Positions 25,918 through 38,859 are shown, counted from the whole stretch's first letter. The stretch: 61,597 nucleotides of DNA, filler included, from Dimargaris cristalligena (GCA_003614675.1; 17 parts of 17 records of this genome joined end to end with filler, not necessarily neighbours in it), one strand, 5' to 3'. Made by a program: numbers and translations. The notes: generated by a model from the letters alone, not told the origin.

Positions 25918-26318
25918 TGTCAGGAGCAGCAGGCTTGATGTTGGAGTCTCGAGGGTTTAAACTTGATGGCTGGACTTTAAGAGGGAGTTGCCTAGGTGCA
26001 AGCAACAGGAGGCAGGGAGAGAAGAGGAGTAGAAGGGGTCTAGACTGGGAAGAAGCTTGGAGGCAGGACTGGATTGTATTGCCCAGGACTGGTGTTGATC
26101 AGGATGCTTAACAATGGGAGGGATACAAGGGTCTATTTATAGGGGAAGCTCTGGGCTGTGCTGGGTGTGGGGCAGTACTAGGGGAACTGAGGGAAATCTT
26201 CAAGTATATTGAGGAACACGTCAAGAAGGTAACGAAATCATAGAGACGTATCTGGACGATTCCTCAATCCTCAAGACGCGTCCGGACACTCCGGACGTGG
26301 ACATCACCATCCCCAACA
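25918..26318 (-). mobile_element. 5' LTR (401 bp) of the gag-bearing element
   Basis: Minus strand starts TGTTGGGG and ends CCTGACA. TATAAATA at 26141-26134. PBS-position sequence and the gag ATG follow. Confidence 0.75.
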
Positions 26319-27329
26319 TTCCACATAGATATGCACCAACTTCAAACCCTCATATCTCTGCCAATAATGATCCAAATCCAACGAATGAAAGTGTTCCAGA
26401 AACCTCTTGACAAGTGGAGAGCTCAGCAAGACTCTGGATTATGACACAGGATGAAGAATCATGGTAACCTCCAAGACAGGTGTAAAGTCTGTCACCCTCA
26501 GGCAAGGGGACCTGGTTCCGGATATGGGAAGTAAGGCCAAATGTCACAAGCTAACCCCTCAGCATTCATCATCGGTTAAATTCATAGTGCCGGGCTCAGC
26601 ACCACACAATTTAACAACAATTTCGAAAATTGTCATCCAATTGAGAATCAGTTCTTTTTCAAATGAGACAGTTCATGACACTTTTGATTGCTTTCGATTT
26701 GGATTCCTTGTGCGTGAAGCCGGAAACTCCAATGATTGGAGTAGGAGCCAGACTCTGACGAGATTCCCATTCTCTAATTTCTCTAAAAACAATTACGCAA
26801 TCTTATATGGGAAGTTCCATGTCAAGGAAGATTATTGAAAGCATGTTGGACTTGAAAATGTTGGCCAGTTCTTTGCGTAGGGTGACAAGATTTGATAGGC
26901 GTTCTTCAGCGGCAGGATTCTTTGAGGTTGTTGTCAGGGCAATATCTAAGCGCGGGGCGCGGGTGGAATCCATAGTTGGCCCAGATGGACTTGAAAATGT
27001 TGATTGCTTCTTGTCCGTTCGAAGCGACAAACATGTTCTGTCCCATTTTGTCCTGAAAACAAGGAGACATTTTTTGTAGGGTCAAACCAACTCCAAATAA
27101 ACAAATATTGAGTATTAAGTCCTGCAACATCTTTTGTAATGCTTTTGTTCCATTTGGCGGGCCCTCTACAACACGAGATGTATGTCTTGGAAAGATTCAG
27201 ATACAATCTTGCAATTGAAAGCTCATCTTTGCATTGCCTTCAGGCCTCAAAATTAGGCAAGGTACAGCTATTGGAATTTCATCCCCATCTCTATCAGTGT
27301 CTCCTCGCATACTTTGACACAAACTTTTG

Positions 27330-28800
27330 AACATGAAACACAAAGTTTCCATATCATTGACATCATTGTGTCAGGAAAAATACTGCTTTTTATGCACTAT
27401 CAACCAATTTGAAACAGTCATAAAACAGAGTCAGGTGGGATATGGGTTCCCAACAGAGGTCTCAAAATTTCACTATAGAAAAGGGACTCGACAACCCCGA
27501 GCGCAAACTATGAAAAAAGCCTACGAAAATTTGGCCGCTCTGATCAACCGGCTGGGGTATGGCAACACCATGATTCTCCTCCTTTGGTTCGATTTGCTTA
27601 TTCGCACAGAAGGCGATTCCCATCCTGAACAAGGTATCCTCTACCTCCCTGCTGGCAACCCAAAGGCCTTTCTCTACAATAATTACCTTGATCATTACAA
27701 TCAGGTAAACACCGTTCCTGCCACTCAGTTCTACCATATGTGGGACACTCATTATTGGTACGTATCAGCTATCCAGCCATTCTTTACTGTTCTCCACTAA
27801 CTAACCCTATCGTTTCCTTTTTACAAGGCGGGTTGAAATCAAGAGGCTCTCCAACTTCTCCATGTGTAATATGTGCACAGAGATCAAATCCTGTATGGCC
27901 GACAAGCATTTATGAGACAGTGATAAAGCAGCTATCTTAGAAGATTGTCAACAACGTAGAGCTCAGATTGAGTATGTTTATGATCCTCCTCATCCCTTTT
28001 TCTCTTTCACATTCTCACCATTTTCCTTATTTCATATCAGAAAGTCTCGCAAGCATTATTATGCCAGTGGCCAAGGCGCTCAGCTGTAGCCCCATACCTA
28101 CGCTTTATTCATCATGGATTACAGAATGTATCAGAGCAAGACCAACCTTCCTTTCTATTTTCACGAACCAAAATCCATTGATGGTGTTCCATGTCTTCGC
28201 TATCACTTCATCAGCGTTTTCAGTAACGGCTCCAAGCGCGCTTACACCTCTGTGGATCTCTTCCAGTATCCACACTATATCAACCTCATCCTCTCCATCC
28301 TCTCTCATTCTCTTCTTGAAATTTGGCCTCAACAACTTCACCTTCAACTTGACAACACGTCCAAGCTAAATAAGAACCAACTCTTTCTTGTTTCCCTTGC
28401 TGTTCATGTGCATCTCTGTCTTTTTTCAAGAGGTCAGTCCCGTCATTCCATCCTACTTCACTTGTCTTCTTCCTTTATAGTTTCTTTACCGATTCGTTTA
28501 CAAAAATAAGATTATAGTCGGCTTTCTCAATGTTGGCCACACTCACGAGAATATTGACCAGAAGTTCTCCAACATATCAAAAACAATCAAACACACCAAC
28601 GTCGAGACACCTGATATCCTCCTTGACACCAGCGAAAAATCTGACATAGCCTTCCTCTCTCCAAATCCGTGTTCTCCTTGCGTATGTCTCACCGATCACG
28701 TTGCTTACTTTCTCAAGTTAGCTAAAGATATCTGAGCTGATGAACTTCATCAGCTTCCTCACTTTTAAGGCTTCCGTCTTGCCAAGGTCAAGCTTGGACT
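27330..28800 (+). mobile_element. Degenerate intron-containing DDE transposase, Sola1-like
   Basis: Collinear motifs GDSHP..ILYLP, FYHMW, NFSMCNMC, RQHYY, IMD..QSKTNLP, LHLQLDNTSKLNKN (Asp at 28351) and FLNVGHTHENIDQKFSNIS (GHTHENIDQ 28535-28561). Putative introns near 27760-27827 and 28433-28510. Boundaries approximate. Confidence 0.7.
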
Positions 28801-29550
28801 TGTTCAAATACAGTAACTTTCAGCTCCCAGTTTTCCCCGTAGCTTTAATCATTTCATATTATTCTTTCCTTCTCCTTCCTCTGTTTTCAGACACAAAAAA
28901 CAAGTCTCCGAAAAGAAATACCGCACTGCCAAAGCACCCCTTCTAAGACAAGGTCTTCCTTCCTACCTTACATACAATTTCTCCTACATGATTCCCCTTC
29001 TCGCCCCACAACAAGCATCCCCCCACCCATACCCATCCCGTCTTCTGATCCTACCTCTCCANNNNNNNNNNNNNNNNNNNNNNNNNNNNNNNNNNNNNNN
29101 NNNNNTTAATTAATTAANNNNNNNNNNNNNNNNNNNNNNNNNNNNNNNNNNNNNNNNNNNNTATGGCGCTATACGGCCTGATATGACGGCGGTCATATCG
29201 GTTGGATTAGGATGGATTAGGAGGGGCGACATATACATTTATACATTCATTGACAAACTAGCACGGTATCAAATTTAAAGTCTTTGGATAACGCCATCTT
29301 ACCCATACCATACCGCTAAACGAAACCAGTAAGCCTAGAGCAATCAATGTTGTGAACCAGCCAGTTTATTTACCAGCTAAGGTAGATGTGTAGGCCTGGA
29401 TGCGATAGGAAAGATCATATAAGTGGTGCCGCAATACCAGCCTGATAATGAAATGTAAAGCATGTAAATGGGGAGGGGGTTTAAAGGTGGAAGGAAGAGG
29501 GTTGGAGTAGAGGATACGCACACATAGTGTTGTATCAATCTTGGTCATTT

Positions 29551-30108
29551 TTAGGCAGCCTTAGGCTGGGGAACAGCAGGGTTGGCGACAGTAGGAGGGT
29601 TGGTGGGGGCCGGAGTGGCCCCGGTGGTACTGGAGGTAGAGACGGTCGCAGTGGTGGACTGGGAAGCAGCCGAAGTCGAGGTTGAGGGTGCCGGGTTCTT
29701 GGGCGGCTGGTTGGCGGGCTTAGGTTGGGTCGATCGGGTATGATTGATCTTCATCTGAATTTGGTTGACCTTGGCCTTGTTAGTAGTAGTGCCCTTCTTC
29801 TGGACCTTTTTAATATCCTTCTTGTTCGAATGGCTGCGGCCGGAGGCCCGGGTAGCGGGCTTCAGGTTAGAGGGGCCGTTAACCTTGGCCGCCGAAATAG
29901 CGCGGTTGGCTAGGGCCTTGTTGGCATTGATAACCGTGGGAGCAGTCACTGCCACCGAGCTGGAGTTCGTAGCTGAGGCCGAGGCCAGTGATGTGGTACT
30001 GGACGGGGTAGCGCTAGTGGTAGTGGTTGGAGATTGGGCGCGGGTAGTCATGGCCAGGGCGATGATGGCACCCAGGATGAACAGCTTCTTGATCGAGACG
30101 AAAGACAT
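29551..30108 (-). CDS. Secreted Ser/Thr/Pro-rich protein with a basic core, 185 aa
   Basis: Signal peptide MSFVSIKKLFILGAIIALAMTTRA. Single exon. TATAAAA on the minus strand near 30263-30269. Confidence 0.85.
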   Translation of the reverse strand: MSFVSIKKLFILGAIIALAMTTRAQSPTTTTSATPSSTTSLASASATNSSSVAVTAPTVINANKALANRAISAAKVNGPSNLKPATRASGRSHSNKKDIKKVQKKGTTTNKAKVNQIQMKINHTRSTQPKPANQPPKNPAPSTSTSAASQSTTATVSTSSTTGATPAPTNPPTVANPAVPQPKAA

Positions 30109-33100
30109 AGTGGATAAAATGTAATGTAAGGGGGTGTGGGTGAAGGGATGTATATGGGGAATACTGAAAGGATAGAAGTAATTGCGAGGACAATTGGCTG
30201 CAAATGAGGATGAGATGGATGCTTATGGTGATGTTTTATTTCAGGTGGACAAACCGTCCCGTTTTTATATTCAGATGGGCACCGGTGAACGGGCAGATCC
30301 CCCCCTTCAAACCTTCCTTCCCCTCCACCTTCCAGTTATTCTTTGTGCCGGGTGGACAAGTCGCGCCGACTGAGGGTAGTCGTAGACCAATAGACTTACC
30401 ACCTCTGCCTTCAACATACAAGGTATTGATGCGATAGCTGTTCGTGGGGCTATCTTTGTTTCCAGACCCTTCGCTCGTACTTCCTCAATAAATCCTAGAT
30501 TCAGATTGCGCTGTCTTTCTATTCACAGCGAAGAAGACGAGAGAGAGGAGAGATGGAGTGAGGGGGTGAAGAAGGAGGAAATAGGCCAACGTAGATGTTT
30601 CCCGTCGAGGTGCAGCGACATTGGGCTAAATGCCTCATCCCAAACGTCTTCTTTTGTGTCTTTCAACGAATCTATTTAAATGAGAAAGATCGACTTAATT
30701 TATTTATTGGTTGCTCTTACCGACCCACCTGAGTATCTCATGGGCAGCGTTAGTCAGTGTACAAAGGGCCAGCTGAACAGAAGAAAGCAGTAGCAATGAC
30801 TACCCTTATGACTACCGTTGGTCAAAGAAAAGGGCGATGCTTTGAGGGAGCATAGTGCTGGACAAGAGGGAAAACAGGGGAGGGGAAGGTGAATGAAACG
30901 AGAAATACAGAGCCAAACCTCCTCAAATCTTTTAGCCCCCATCTCCGCCGGTTTCTCGAATTTCACAGTGGATACCAAGATCCCCCCATCGGTACATCCG
31001 ACGATTGTTGAATTACACCAAAAATGACCTCAAGTATAACAGGAATTCATTATGGCAATGTTAAGCAGTCCATCCCGGCAGTTCTATGACTACCTCTCTC
31101 CACCCCCTATTTTTACATTTTTGTGTAAATTGAAAATGTCATCGCCGACACTGCTGCTTGGCTACCCTTGCCAACTACCAGACGGGCCACCATATACAGA
31201 TCCCTTGCCCGGTCTTTGTAAGTGACTATGGAATGGCCTGGGCACTAGTCGATTGGTCCTCCAGAAGATCCATATGGTTTTACTATTCACCAATGTATAA
31301 TAGACAACACCGCTGGCTGAGGCTTCTTATAGTCACTACACACTAGACTTATTATTAGACACTCACTAATTTAACCAGCGGACAATGGCAGATGGTGGGG
31401 ATGAGAAGGGACGACCTTCGAGGAATTGGGATGGGGCTTCCTTGCTACCCGCACCACCCACGAGTGCATTACACCCGGCAATCGAATAGTAAGGTGTAGA
31501 TGGGGCTCAGGGTTGTATAAATAATAATCTGGTCCAGATAGGACACCTTAGGATACCTTCGAGTCGAGTTTAAGGCAATAATAGCCTTACCATGCCGTTT
31601 ATATGTAACCCCCAGTCTATAGATATTGGGGAGATTTGTACCAAATATGCGTACATGACCCACATGGGATGACAGCCGAACTTCGGCCCTCCGGTAAGTG
31701 GGAAAATAATAGGACAATGGAGTAGGGTGCGTTATAGGACTACGGTGAACATATGACAGGGGAAAGATATTTCTAAAATTAAGAGCTGATATTTATACCA
31801 GATATCTCATAGGATAGCTATGCCAGCTGCCTCCCCAGATCTGGGCGAAATCCACCACAACCACATAAGTGTATCAAAATGGTGATTTCCTTGTACTGTT
31901 ATACTGAATAATTCAGCATGGTTGTTCTATACTAGTGTCTACAAATAAGCCTTGGTGGGTGAGATTGGATAGCCACATAGTTACACCCGAATTTAGGGTA
32001 TATATAAACTTCAAGACACCTCAGCAATATATAATCCCCCTACTAAAATACCAAGCTTTACCAGTGAATCTCTAACTTATTATGTGACTAAATACTATTC
32101 CATAGGAATTATTAAATTACAATTTTTTTTATTGTGATATAGCCAAATGGCTATAGTAGTATTTGGCATTGTCCTATTTATTTTTACTCTTTTAATTGAA
32201 AACCACTGTCCATATTTAGGTGATTAGTCAAAGAATTGGTGCTGCTAGCCTAAGTTTTCCTTTTTATAAGTTGTTATAGTTATACAACATTTATTTCTGA
32301 TTGGATTATTGTTCTGAGTACCACATTTATACCCTTGCTGTACTCTATCAATGAGTATTAGCTATTCCTTTACCCTATTATAAGTTCATTTATATCTTTT
32401 ATACCTTTGTTTTTGTTATACCAATGGGTATAATCATTTTCATCTATCTAATTATTATTTCGAAGTTCCCTTTTTCACTATTGTTTTGGTAATACTAATG
32501 AATGGTTTACTATATATAACTAATAATATAATTTAAAGACCCTTGTTTTTCCTTTTGTTTTGGTTATACAAATGAGTCTAACCCTTTTATTATTATTTAG
32601 CCCGAGTTTAGTCCTTTACTTCTGAGCATCTACCAATTTATAATCCCAAAGTTTTAGTATAAATACTTAGTGGAATATCTTATTAGTCANNNNNNNNNNN
32701 NNNNNNNNNNNNNNNNNNNNNNNNNNNNNNNNNTTAATTAATTAANNNNNNNNNNNNNNNNNNNNNNNNNNNNNNNNNNNNNNNNNNNNTGTTATATTGT
32801 CCTTCACCTAGTCAGACTGCGAAAACTGAAATGATTGTTGACAGACCCCCTATCCATTGTTCTGGCCAAAAAGAAATCCTGACCGTATAAATTTCCGAAG
32901 CTGAAAGTCTTCCCGACATTTGATGCATCCACAAGCGACCAAAATGCCCATCCCCTCAATGTAGAAATATCTGTTTGAAATCCTAGATTGACATAGCCAG
33001 ACCCAAACTTAAACCACAGACCAGTTCGATAGGGAGCAAGGAGTCCCTGTCACCATTTGAAATAGGCCGGTTGTAATATATTTTTACACTTGTCATTTTA

Positions 33101-34248
33101 CTGGAAAATGCACATATTTTTTGGAGGAACACGTTGAGTTCGAATTACAAGGCGGAACTCTGTGGATATGGAGCTATCTAGATCAAGGAATTTCTGCAAT
33201 TATATCTAAACAAAATTGGGTACCAGCAAAGATGGAAGTCTCTAACGAAACTAAGAAATATCATATTCATCGACATACAAGTTGTGGTCACACATAATTA
33301 CTTTATATTATGTTGGAATACTAAGGGCGTAAAGAAATTAAAGCTGGAAGTAAGGGAAGAAAGCAGCTAGAGGACAGTAGGTGCCTCTAGGTGGTTAGTT
33401 TTATTGAACTGTAATTTCGGTGGGGTGAAATATAAGTGGCTAACATAAATGATCTTATGATAGCAGAATAAACTAACATAATTGGGTGAAACAGGATAGG
33501 ATAAAGAACATGTAGGAACATGTTCTTCAACATATTAAAGGTATCCCATCAATCCCACAGTAGAAAAGTCATCTGCAATTGTAGAATCCCAAAATATAAC
33601 TATGCTATTGGTCAAATGGTCGCTTCAAGGAACGTAATGCCATACAACAAGAACAAAATAAAACTAGTTTCTTAAGCGATGCGACGTGTAAATGCCATAT
33701 TTCTATACTAGCAGCAGTGTCAATTTCAAATATTTATGCCATTAACATTGTTTATTATTCAGACCAGCGGCTTAAATAGAGCGCAGATGTGAACCACAAT
33801 TTTTAATGTGTGATCATAACCGGTAAATATAAGCGCGGTTAATGAGCCACTATACCATTGCGGAATACTTGTCCATAGTATACTAATGACTGGAAGGCGG
33901 TGCCAACGTAGTAGTTCGGCATAGTGCTTATGGATAAAGAAGAAGTAGGTGTAAAGTCGACAGGTTTATTTACAGACTTATGAGAAATACAGATGGGTCG
34001 GACCTTTGGGGGCCGACTCTAATATATACATATTTTTAACTGTGGAACGGTGAAAAGAACTGCAGAAAAGTATATACGATTGGACAACTATGTCGCTGTT
34101 GAATAGGGGTATAGATTTAAGCGGCGAGTCAGCTAATGATACAGAAATGGATTGCTCGATGTAGCAGGCATTCGGATAGCGTGATGGGCTTGTGATTCCG
34201 ACCGATGTAGTCAGAAACCTAGTACATGGTTACCTAGATTTGGCTGGA

Positions 34249-34629
34249 CTAGGGGCTAGAGCGACGGTTGAATACTTGGCCGCAAGGGCCGTTCAGACAG
34301 CCAGCACCGCAATGGGAATTAGTGAAGCCACAGAAGCCTTGCTGGCTACAGCACGCACCACTCTGGCAGGGCGTATAAGGACTGCAACTGCCGGGGCCTC
34401 TGGGCGGGGGTTTAGTGGAGGCGGGAGTGGGGACACCCTTGCAAGGACCGCTTTGGCAACCGAACCCGCAGTGAGCGTCAGTGGAACCGCAAGAGCCGAA
34501 ACCACTGCAGCAGGTGCCGTTGGCGCACGGTTTGGAAACACTGCAAGTGCCGTCCCAATGTTGGGGCATGGCTGAAACGGCGATGGCCGAGAGAGTGGTG
34601 AGGAGAGCAACGGCGATAAGCTTGACCAT
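34249..34629 (-). CDS. Secreted tandem hevein/CBM18 chitin-binding protein, 126 aa
   Basis: Signal peptide. Two 8-Cys modules (C..CANGTCCSGFGSCGSTDAHCGFGCQSGPC and C..CQSGACCSQQGFCGFTNSHCGAGCLNGPC) joined by a Pro/Thr linker. Confidence 0.93.
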   Translation of the reverse strand: MVKLIAVALLTTLSAIAVSAMPQHWDGTCSVSKPCANGTCCSGFGSCGSTDAHCGFGCQSGPCKGVPTPASTKPPPRGPGSCSPYTPCQSGACCSQQGFCGFTNSHCGAGCLNGPCGQVFNRRSSP

Positions 34630-36414
34630 GGTGGAGATGGGATGCAAAGACTGGATGTGGCAAAGGGCTGGTTGAGAGCGAAGCAGTTGGATAGCAGGTA
34701 ATTAGGGGGGGGGGGTGAACTTATATGCGAGGTGAGTTAAATGGGATGAAAGTCTGGCGATGTTATAGAAATATGAATTGATCTTGATCCAAAGGGTGGC
34801 CTTGTTTGGTATTTATATTATAGGGGAAACAGGGATAGCTGAGAATCAGGCCATGGTACCTTGTTACAGTGAATTTACCACCCGTTAAAAAATATGTGGG
34901 CTGTTGGTACTTGATCATGCTTTTGGTATTCCAGCAAACAGTGACATTACTGTGGAGGTTCATAAATGTTCATAATCCGAGCAATGCACACTAACCGGGT
35001 TGGTTATTATCCCTATTTTCCTTTGAGGCTAGGTTACGGAACAATGACAGGGATGCTGATCCTCACTGGGTTTTGTCCAGGATGGTCAGAAATAAGGCCT
35101 TCATATAGAACATAGTAGTCGCTATATTATTCGCGTCACCAATTATCCGGGTTTTCTAGAATTATACATACTACGTGTTTATTGTAATTGAGGGGATGAC
35201 GATGTGAGTATTACCAGCCACCAGTATACCACAATAAAGATTAAGCAATTGTGGACAGCCGATGGGTCAAACCCCCGCTAATTGTAAGGTGAATGTAGTA
35301 GTAGTCATGTAATGTCAATTGCGGGCCCTAAGAAACACGTATTAAATATCCACTCCACCCAGTCACTATCCCCAAATGGTCTTCCTCCTAATGAAGTGTA
35401 TTGTTCTATGGTGGATATGGGCCATCCAAATCAGGAATCATACAAGTTAGACGCAGGCCCGTTTTGCAAAATTTTTGTAGTTGACCACACAACTGATTGC
35501 GAATTTATGTCCGTGATTGCATCGGCTTAGTTGATTTCCGTGCGATACCCCATTTGGGCATTCTAAAGGTCGGTATTACTTTTAAAATGAGATTCACAGT
35601 TATTGGTGGGGAGCAAATTCATTTACTATTACTGGCCATAACCCTGAATTGCAGCCATGTGTTATAATGTGAAGTCGCCAGATAATGGAGATATAGTCCC
35701 CAACACAAGGTGCCATACTGTTAAGCACAGCAATAGAGAGCTTAAGTAATCGATGTATTGTGGCTTTGCTGACACCAATACGAATATCCTGAGGGTTGTG
35801 GAACGATTTACCAATTAGGGACTATGGTTTTGGCTAAAGGCAGAACTCTCCTGAATTGTATTATTGGGCCATATATGTAGACTACAAACCAGGCTGCAGG
35901 CCAGCCACCAGCGAATACTAGTTCACGTGACTTTCCATATCCTTTTTTTGTGCAAATTAGGACTCGGCCAATCTTCTCCGATCTAGCACGAGACCTTCCA
36001 CATATGTTTCCCAGTTTAACGAAAATAAGGAATCTTTGTCCAATTCTTTACGAGAAACAACTTCCAACCATAGAGACAAGCATTGGTTCTTAGAACATCT
36101 AAGTTTATTGGTGTCAAGTTTATATATTTAACGAAGGAAATGTGACAAAAAATACTCGGCCAATGAACAGTTATATAACTGAATGAATCCAAACCACCCT
36201 CTTAGTCCTTAGCACAGGGCATCCACCCACACAGGATATCAAAGAGAGTCAAAGTAAAACACGGTAAGCAGCCCTCGACACACCAATTGAGTGGACAGAG
36301 ACAGCAATTTTCGCNNNNNNNNNNNNNNNNNNNNNNNNNNNNNNNNNNNNNNNNNNNNTTAATTAATTAANNNNNNNNNNNNNNNNNNNNNNNNNNNNNN
36401 NNNNNNNNNNNNNN

Positions 36415-38143
36415 GACCTGGCCGTGGGTTTTAATAACCGCATCGGAACGCGGGACCGGGCTAATGTACGTAGCGGCCCACTGCTGGAGCACGACCGACC
36501 ACTCGACCAGATGGGCCCGGGCCTGTACTTCGGACTCGCCCACCAGATAGAGGTCCGAAAGGGCGTGGCGAACCACCCGGTCGATGAGACCCTCGAGGTA
36601 GGTTGCGCTAAAATCATTCACCCGTATAGCGGCCTGGAAGAGCTGGTGGATCAGACTACCGTACACCATGGCCGAATTGGGGTCCGCGGGTTCCCGTACC
36701 CGATCCTGGAGAACCGACCGTCGGAGGCACATGAAGGCACCGGCCACTTGGGTACACGATATAAGGCAATCGGGGTGGACGATGAGGGTTCCATGGGCAT
36801 TGTCGATGATGGCCTGGGATGTCTGGGGATCGAACGTGCCAATAACGTGTACGTAAAAGCCCACCTTAACATCCGTGGAACACCAATCTTCGCGAAGGTG
36901 AATATGCCGCTCGTAACCACCCCGCTCGGCGAAAAGACGGAGGATTTTTTCGGGATACTGGTAGGTGTTGTTGGCAATGCTCCCTGAGGCACCGTTGGGT
37001 GAAGCGAAATAGTAGCTTACGGTGACTTGAAGAACCAAGAACCGTTCGTATGCCAGTGATTTGTCGCGAGAGGGCGTCAATAATGCCGCCCGGTCCTGCT
37101 TTTCAATATCTGGATTGGTAAGGGATGGGGTTGACACAAATGGATCAGGCATTACCTTTTCTACAGTAGGTGGGGCTGGCTGGTCCGGGGTCGTGGTTAT
37201 AGTTGGGGGTACATCCCCGCTTTTCACATTTGTCTGGGATTCATGTATACGCATAATGGCATCCAGCTCTTCAAGATCGGTCAGGTCGAACGAAGATTCC
37301 GTTCGTACCAAGGAGGGCTGACTCGGAGCAGATGGGGCCTGTGGAGTGGAGGCTGACCGCCGGAACTCATTAGTGGCCCGGGAAATCGGGCGGTGGTGCA
37401 TCGGCCTGTTGGATGTCGGTGGGTGGGATAGTCGAGGGGGCAACGCACCGGCTTCGGAGCGATATGTCCCATCGGTGGTGGCGCCGAAGGTTTTGGTACC
37501 TGAAAGGGCAGTTATTGATGATGGTTGGTTAGCGCTAATGGGTCGATAGCTACCCGCCAATTCGGCAATAATCGCTTGGCGACTTTTGGAACTCTCTGAA
37601 CCCGGCATCTGGGCCACATCATGGCTGAGCGCCCGGCGTATCCGATCCCGCCGGGCAGGGGAATGTGGGGGGATTGTGCTCGATGGCCGTTCCAGTGCCT
37701 TGGAATTGAATGATTTAAGGTTTTCTTCGGAAAAGAGTCGGTTTTGATCGGACTGCTAATGGATATAGAAATATAATAGGGCGGGATTAATGACCAATAT
37801 CAGCATCTCTCGCTTGGACTAACGGAATAATAATAATAATAATAAATAAACTAGCGGCTCGCGAGTGATGAAAGTGGCCGTTCGATGTTACTCTTTGAAA
37901 GTACGGTTCGATTTATTAAGCGAACTTGACCCTACGGTATACACATACATTGCGGTCGATTGAGTTTTGCTTGGACAGGCCAATGTGGTGTACAATCTTG
38001 TCGATTTCGGCATCGTACCCCAGAGAGGGAGAATGCGGCGATGCGGGCGGCAGAAGGGCCGAATCCCCCAAGCCCTTTGTTGGAGGGGACTCATTCCAAT
38101 ACACCTGCTCGCTGGGCCGGTTTATATGAGACTGGAGGTCCAT
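36415..38143 (-). CDS. DNA2: Dna2 N-terminal part (exon 1 38143-37949, exon 2 37755-36415)
   Basis: IHLREDW..TDVKVGFYVHVIG, LIVHPDCLISCTQVAGAFMCLRRSVL (first Fe-S Cys) and GSLIHQLFQ. Phase-0 intron GTATGT (37948) to TAG (37756). Exon 1 is less certain. Confidence 0.92.
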
Positions 38144-38859
38144 GGTGCCAGGATGGTTCACGGTAACGCTTAAGGACAATTTTTTGCTGAACCAGGTTAA
38201 AAGACACGAGGGGGAATAGACCGGTGGCAAAAGGCAGTAGTCGGGAGAAGAGAAAAATGACCGAAAGTAGAGGGCTTCAGGTCCGGCAGTAGGGTGTTAT
38301 TTTCACAGCGAAGGCAAGTTCAGCCCAGTCGTTAAAGGCTTCAAGGGCATCGACCACAATGGTATTTGACGTACAACACAATCCTCTAAACAGCCCTTTG
38401 CACCGCAGTAGGGCGGAGTCTACTCCTACTTTTTCTCGGACTGCCTTATTCACCTTATCGTAAAGACATGTTGCCTCATTGCCAGCGAGCCTGTTTAGCC
38501 TTATTAGCCTTATTAAAGGGAGCATATTTACCTTTACGGGATATTCTGTTCCCATGGCTCGCCCTCTGCGATTCCAACGAAAACCAACAGTTCGGATAAA
38601 GACCGCCTACTAAATATTTGAGTAGTGGGAAACTGTCTCTAACATATGGCAATAAACGCCACCCCAGTTGGCTTGTCTGGTCCCAATAATCAGGAGAGCC
38701 TGAAAGGGTCTACGCTCTAGCAGAGGGATGGGAAACCTGGAACCCCCCCCCCCCTACTTCAGCTCCATACATCTCATTCAAAGTTTCCTCTCCAAGCGGG
38801 TCAGACGGCTGTCCTTCACTATAATTTTATTTCCTACTTACTTCGACTGTGCATTTACC

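Noticed and set aside
31900..32689. AT-rich stretch with a possible BED-finger remnant (SSTNSLTNHL, minus strand)
   Set aside because: Too degenerate to support a hAT call by eye.
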